A DNA stretch of 64,000 nucleotides from Minisyncoccia bacterium (lineage in GTDB: Bacteria > Patescibacteriota > Minisyncoccia > Phycocordibacterales > UBA918), in the NCBI GenBank assembly GCA_046293175.1, contig JBKBPM010000001.1, forward strand, positions 299,446 to 363,445, written 5' to 3'. Numbering within the stretch: the stretch's first letter is position 1; every line of letters begins with the position of its first letter. Shown here in pieces: positions 59,915 through 64,000 of the stretch. Below the pieces are notes generated by a model. The model saw only the letters and a list, made by a program, of their open reading frames with translations. It searched no databases and had not been told where the DNA came from. The translations under genes and the position numbers were made by a program.

Positions 59915-60270
59915 ACAAAAACTCTCTAAACGAATAACGCAACAAGCGAAACGCCACTGCCTGGAGGTAGTGGTTCCTTAGAGAGAGTATAGCAGAGAAT
60001 CATTATTTTATAAATGAAGTGACCCCCAAGCAGGCTTGGGGGGTCGTTTAATCTCCGGTACACGACGCTGTTGCCGGAGGCAAATCTTCAGCACCGAACG
60101 TTCTCGCCAGCGGATACTCAGCGTATGAATGAACCACCGAGCGGAGGCATCTCCCGATCAATAACTTAAACGTACACTTGCTATAGCATACTAAATAATA
60201 AAATGAAGCGCTGTTCTAGCGCTTGAAAATCAACACAAATCTCCCTAGGCAAGGCCTAGGGAGAGGGTTG

Positions 60271-62415
60271 TTACATAAGGGTTTTCTTGGCTTTTTTGCT
60301 TTTACCGGCAGCTTCGGCTTCAAGGAAGGCGATTTCGTCCCGGATGATGGCAGCAGTTTCGAAGTCGAGGATGGAGACGGCATCTTGCATCTGCTGGCGT
60401 TTTTCTTTCAGCACTTTTGTGGGATTACGCTTAAAAAGTTCCATGTCGACTTTAAGCATTGTTTCGATAGTATCATCGTGTTTGGTACGGAGTTGGTCAG
60501 CGATGGATTTGATTTCTTTTGCGATCGTGGTTGGAGTGATGCCATGTTCAGTATTGTACGCCAGCTGGATGGCACGACGGCGGTTGGTTTCGTTCACTGC
60601 GTACGTCAGTGCATCAGTCATCTCATCGGCATAGAGCACCACTCGCCCATTGACGTTTCGCGCGGCGCGGCCAATCGTCTGAATGAGCGCTGTCTCACTG
60701 CGGAGGAAGCCCGCTTTGTCAGCATCGAGGATGGCGACGAGTTCCACCTCAGGCAAGTCGAGTCCTTCACGAAGGAGGTTTACCCCCACAAGACAGTCGA
60801 ATTTACCTTTACGGAAATCGGTGAGAATATCGATCCGTTCGAGCGTTTCGACGTCACTATGGATGTACTTAGTATTAATATTTCGAGCCGTGAGGAATTC
60901 GGCGAGGTCTTCGGCCATTTTCTTCGTAAGTGTGGTCGCAAGGACACGTGCACCACCTTCTATTACCTTCACCGCTTCTTCGATGAAGTCCTTGATCTGT
61001 CCTGGATAGGTTCCCTTCTCTATTACCGGGCGCATATCAATCTCGGGGTCAATGAGACCGGTTGGACGAATGATTTGCTCTACCACTGCCCCTTCGGCCA
61101 CACAGCGGTTGATGTCTACCCCACGGAAGTAGGCAGATTGGCTTTCGGTGTCACTTTTACTCTTCTTGTCGGTATCGATTGCGTCAGCTGGGCAACAGTG
61201 CTCAAATTCGTACTTGCCTGGAGTGGCTGATGTGTAGATACATTGTCCGACACGGGCTTCAAATTCATCAAACTTGAGTGGACGATTGTCTACGGCACTC
61301 GGCAGGCGGAAACCGAATTCAACCAATGTATCTTTACGACTACGGTCGCCAGCATACATACCACCAATTTGTGGCAAGGTGACGTGTGATTCATCCACAA
61401 TAGTGAGAAAATCTGGGGTGCCATCGGCTTTGTGTGGGAAATAATCAAGAAGTGTGTATGGTGCTTCGCCAGGCTTGCGGCGATCAAAATGCCGTGAGTA
61501 GTTTTCGATACCACTACAGTAACCAATCTCACGAATAAGCGCGAGGTCGTGTTCAGTGCGACGGCGGAGACGTTCAGCTTCAAGAATCTTGCCGTCCTTC
61601 TTGAATTGCTCGAGCTGGAGCTGGAGTTCGATTTTAATATCTTCGTACGCAACTTTGCGCTCATCCTCTGGTGAGACGAAGTGCTTGGCTGGGAAGAGGA
61701 AGAAAACATTAGGTTCTTCAATAATGGCACGGGTAATACTATCGATCTTGGTGATGCCAGAAACAGTATTGCCATCAAAGCCGAGGCGATAGATAGCACG
61801 TTCGTTTGTCGGCATGATTTCAACCATATTCCCAACCGCACGGAACTGTCCGGGCGTGAGGTCAGCATTGGTGCGTTCAAAATAGAGATCGATTAGGGTA
61901 CGCAACATATCACTCCGAGTAGTTGAAAATCCCTTCCCGATCTTGAGATGTTTTTTCTCATACTCAGCTGGTGAACCAAGACCATAGATACAGGACACTG
62001 ACGCGACGATGATCACGTCTGGCCGGGTCAACAGTGCCTGGGTCGAGGCGTGGCGGAGGCGGTCGATCTCTTCGTTAATCTGTGATTCTTTTTCGATGTA
62101 GGTGTCTGAGGTCGGCATATACGCCTCTGGCTGGTAATAGTCATAGTAGGAGACGAAGTAGTGCACCGCATTGTTCGGGAAGAAGTCCTTGTACTCTTGC
62201 GCCAACTGCGCAGCAAGGGTCTTGTTATGTGCAATGACCAGGGTTGGCTTTTGGATTTGGGCAATTACATTTGCCACCGTGAAGGTCTTACCTGAGCCAG
62301 TGACACCAAGAAGAGTCTGATGTCGCAAACCACTACGAAAACCCGCCACGAGCCGTTCTATGGCCTTTGGCTGGTCTCCAGCCGGAGTCTTTTCGGTTGA
62401 GAGTTCAAATTGCAT
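60271..62415 (-). CDS. uvrB: Excinuclease UvrB
   Basis: GVTGSGKT, YYDYYQPEAY, DESH, QTIGRAARN, C-terminal FETAA.IRD. Confidence 0.99.
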   Translation of the reverse strand: MQFELSTEKTPAGDQPKAIERLVAGFRSGLRHQTLLGVTGSGKTFTVANVIAQIQKPTLVIAHNKTLAAQLAQEYKDFFPNNAVHYFVSYYDYYQPEAYMPTSDTYIEKESQINEEIDRLRHASTQALLTRPDVIIVASVSCIYGLGSPAEYEKKHLKIGKGFSTTRSDMLRTLIDLYFERTNADLTPGQFRAVGNMVEIMPTNERAIYRLGFDGNTVSGITKIDSITRAIIEEPNVFFLFPAKHFVSPEDERKVAYEDIKIELQLQLEQFKKDGKILEAERLRRRTEHDLALIREIGYCSGIENYSRHFDRRKPGEAPYTLLDYFPHKADGTPDFLTIVDESHVTLPQIGGMYAGDRSRKDTLVEFGFRLPSAVDNRPLKFDEFEARVGQCIYTSATPGKYEFEHCCPADAIDTDKKSKSDTESQSAYFRGVDINRCVAEGAVVEQIIRPTGLIDPEIDMRPVIEKGTYPGQIKDFIEEAVKVIEGGARVLATTLTKKMAEDLAEFLTARNINTKYIHSDVETLERIDILTDFRKGKFDCLVGVNLLREGLDLPEVELVAILDADKAGFLRSETALIQTIGRAARNVNGRVVLYADEMTDALTYAVNETNRRRAIQLAYNTEHGITPTTIAKEIKSIADQLRTKHDDTIETMLKVDMELFKRNPTKVLKEKRQQMQDAVSILDFETAAIIRDEIAFLEAEAAGKSKKAKKTLM

Positions 62416-62446
62416 GGGACTCAAGTATACAGGTGAAGGGGTAATA

Positions 62447-62725
62447 CTACAAAAGCACGCGTTCAAGGGTGGTCATGGCCATGAGGAGTGGTATGAGGGC
62501 GCCAACAAGGGCAAATAATCGACCAGGTAACGTAACTGCCACGAGAAAACCGGAGAACCACGTCACAAAAACGAAGCTATTTACGACGAGCTGCATAACA
62601 CCAAACCAGTAGCCGTCCTCTGGTTCAATATTGGCATAGATAAATAAAGTCAGTCCCATGACTCCAGAAATAGCCATCAGTACTTTGGCTATATTTGGCT
62701 TCGTTAAATGGGTGAACGACTCCAT
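62447..62725 (-). CDS. Small 3-TM membrane protein
   Basis: Hydrophobic ORF; TACAAT 10 nt before ATG. Confidence 0.7.
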   Translation of the reverse strand: MESFTHLTKPNIAKVLMAISGVMGLTLFIYANIEPEDGYWFGVMQLVVNSFVFVTWFSGFLVAVTLPGRLFALVGALIPLLMAMTTLERVLL

Positions 62726-62788
62726 ACGTCTTAAAATTGTACCACAATTTATAACACCAATTTGATGTATAAAATGTGCAGCACAAAA

Positions 62789-64000
62789 TTATGCTTTTGC
62801 TAATAATTGCTCACGCAAATTCTTAGTGAAGTTGACGATGAAGTGAAGGTTGTGGATCGACGCGAGGTGCGGACCAAGTATCTCACCAGCGCGGAAGAGG
62901 TGCGCGACATAAGCCTTCGTGTATTTCCCGGCGACGTAGCCAGTTGAGAGTGGGTCAAGGAGCGAGTGGTCATCTTTGTACTGTGCATTACGGAGGCTGA
63001 TTTTTTTGGTCTCTGGGTAAGTGAAGGTACCACAGGGTGTGGTGATCATGTTGCCGGTCATGACGTAGATGGTGCCGGTACGGCCGATACGGGTTGGTGC
63101 AACACAGTCAAAGGTATCGCAACCTTGAAGGACACCCTGCACGATGTCTTCAGGCTCGCCGATTCCAAGGAGGTGGCGTGGTTTGTCGGTAGGCAAAATC
63201 TCATTTACCACCTGGAGGGAGTCGCCGAGGTCGTCTTTAGAAAAGCTGCCGCCAATACCAAACCCATCGAAGTCCATATCAGAGAGGATGCGTGCACTTT
63301 CCTGACGTAAGTCCATAAAGCGACCGCCTTGCACGACACCATAGAGACCCTGCTTCTTTAAAGCTTCATAGTTTTGCTTGTGGGCCAAGATACTGCGCTT
63401 CGCCCAGCGGTGGGTACGGTCAGACGCCTCCTTCTGGTACTCGTAGTCAGCAGTTGGGCTCGTACACTCATCAAAAGCGATGATAATGTCCGCACCAATC
63501 GCGTGTTGAATATCAATACTACGCTCTGCGGTGAAACGGTGCATCGAGCCATCGAGGTGCGAGGTAAAGGTCACCCCTTCTTCGTCAATGATACAGAGTT
63601 TGCCATGATCTTCGGCAAACTTCTGACTATAGACATTAAGGCCTTTTTTCACCGGTAGCTCGTTTTCATTGTCGTCGACTTCCCCTTTAGCGAACTTGGT
63701 TACCCCTTTACCAAACGCTGCGCCGAGACTAAAAACCTGGAAACCACCGGAATCTGTCATCGTTGGAGTGGGCCATTTGGCAAACTCATTTAGTCCACCA
63801 CCGGCTTTGATAACCTCGTGTCCAGGCTGAAGGAAGAGGTGGTAGGTGTTCGCGAGTGTAACCTCGTTTCCGACATACTGGGTGAGGTCTTCGGGCATGA
63901 GACTCTTTACACTGGCTTTGGTACCGACGACCACAAAGGCGGGCGTATGGATATCACCATGTGGGGTATGAATAATGCCGGCGCGGGCAAGATTACCTTT
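62789..64000 (-). CDS. tgt: tRNA-guanine transglycosylase (start lies beyond the window)
   Basis: HTPHG..TPAF, NTYHL, TDSGGFQVFSL, VQGG, HLLGIG, DTFDCVAPTR. Confidence 0.98.
   Translation of the reverse strand, partial: KGNLARAGIIHTPHGDIHTPAFVVVGTKASVKSLMPEDLTQYVGNEVTLANTYHLFLQPGHEVIKAGGGLNEFAKWPTPTMTDSGGFQVFSLGAAFGKGVTKFAKGEVDDNENELPVKKGLNVYSQKFAEDHGKLCIIDEEGVTFTSHLDGSMHRFTAERSIDIQHAIGADIIIAFDECTSPTADYEYQKEASDRTHRWAKRSILAHKQNYEALKKQGLYGVVQGGRFMDLRQESARILSDMDFDGFGIGGSFSKDDLGDSLQVVNEILPTDKPRHLLGIGEPEDIVQGVLQGCDTFDCVAPTRIGRTGTIYVMTGNMITTPCGTFTYPETKKISLRNAQYKDDHSLLDPLSTGYVAGKYTKAYVAHLFRAGEILGPHLASIHNLHFIVNFTKNLREQLLAKA

Noticed and set aside
60223-61230. Long antisense ORFs (also 34524-35252, 28614-29300, 41844-42563, 17744-18292)
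   Set aside because: Shadows of well-supported genes on the opposite strand, with no motifs or start signals.
1-64000. Genetic code 25 (TGA = Gly)
   Set aside because: All conserved genes are full length under code 11 with no internal TGA, and several orphan TGAs sit just before terminators.

Overview
Chromosomal segment of a small-genome bacterium, most likely Patescibacteria/CPR (Parcubacteria-like). This is inferred from the short AlaRS, short L13, minimal UvrC, DUF5671/DUF3467-like genes, an FtsA-like plus baseplate-J-like pair and SD-less core genes. Most genes lie on the minus strand: grpE-dnaK-dnaJ, infA-rpmJ-rpsM-rpsK-rpsD-rpoA-rplQ-rplM-rpsI, alaS, mnmA, mltG, leuS (NUDIX insertion), ychF, queA, rnhA, ddl, uvrCAB, tgt and two tRNA-Ala; an RND efflux pair is on plus and a two-component pair is divergent. 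The most unusual signals are non-coding. (1) A ~100-nt covarying structured element occurs three times, always just 3' of a stable or highly expressed gene (rpsI and both tRNA-Ala), and is always preceded by an inverted copy of that gene's own 3' end. (2) A RAYT-type HUH transposase sits between two REP-like palindromes. (3) A second structured repeat family has 2 copies. (4) A promoter/3-way-junction/terminator small-RNA candidate lies upstream of ychF. (5) There are two gene grammars: many core genes have a -10 box just before the ATG, no SD and none ends in TGA, whereas about 12 scattered single-gene orphan cassettes have an SD, usually their own terminator, often TGA stops, and are frequently frameshifted. 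All calls are by eye from motifs; no database searches were run.
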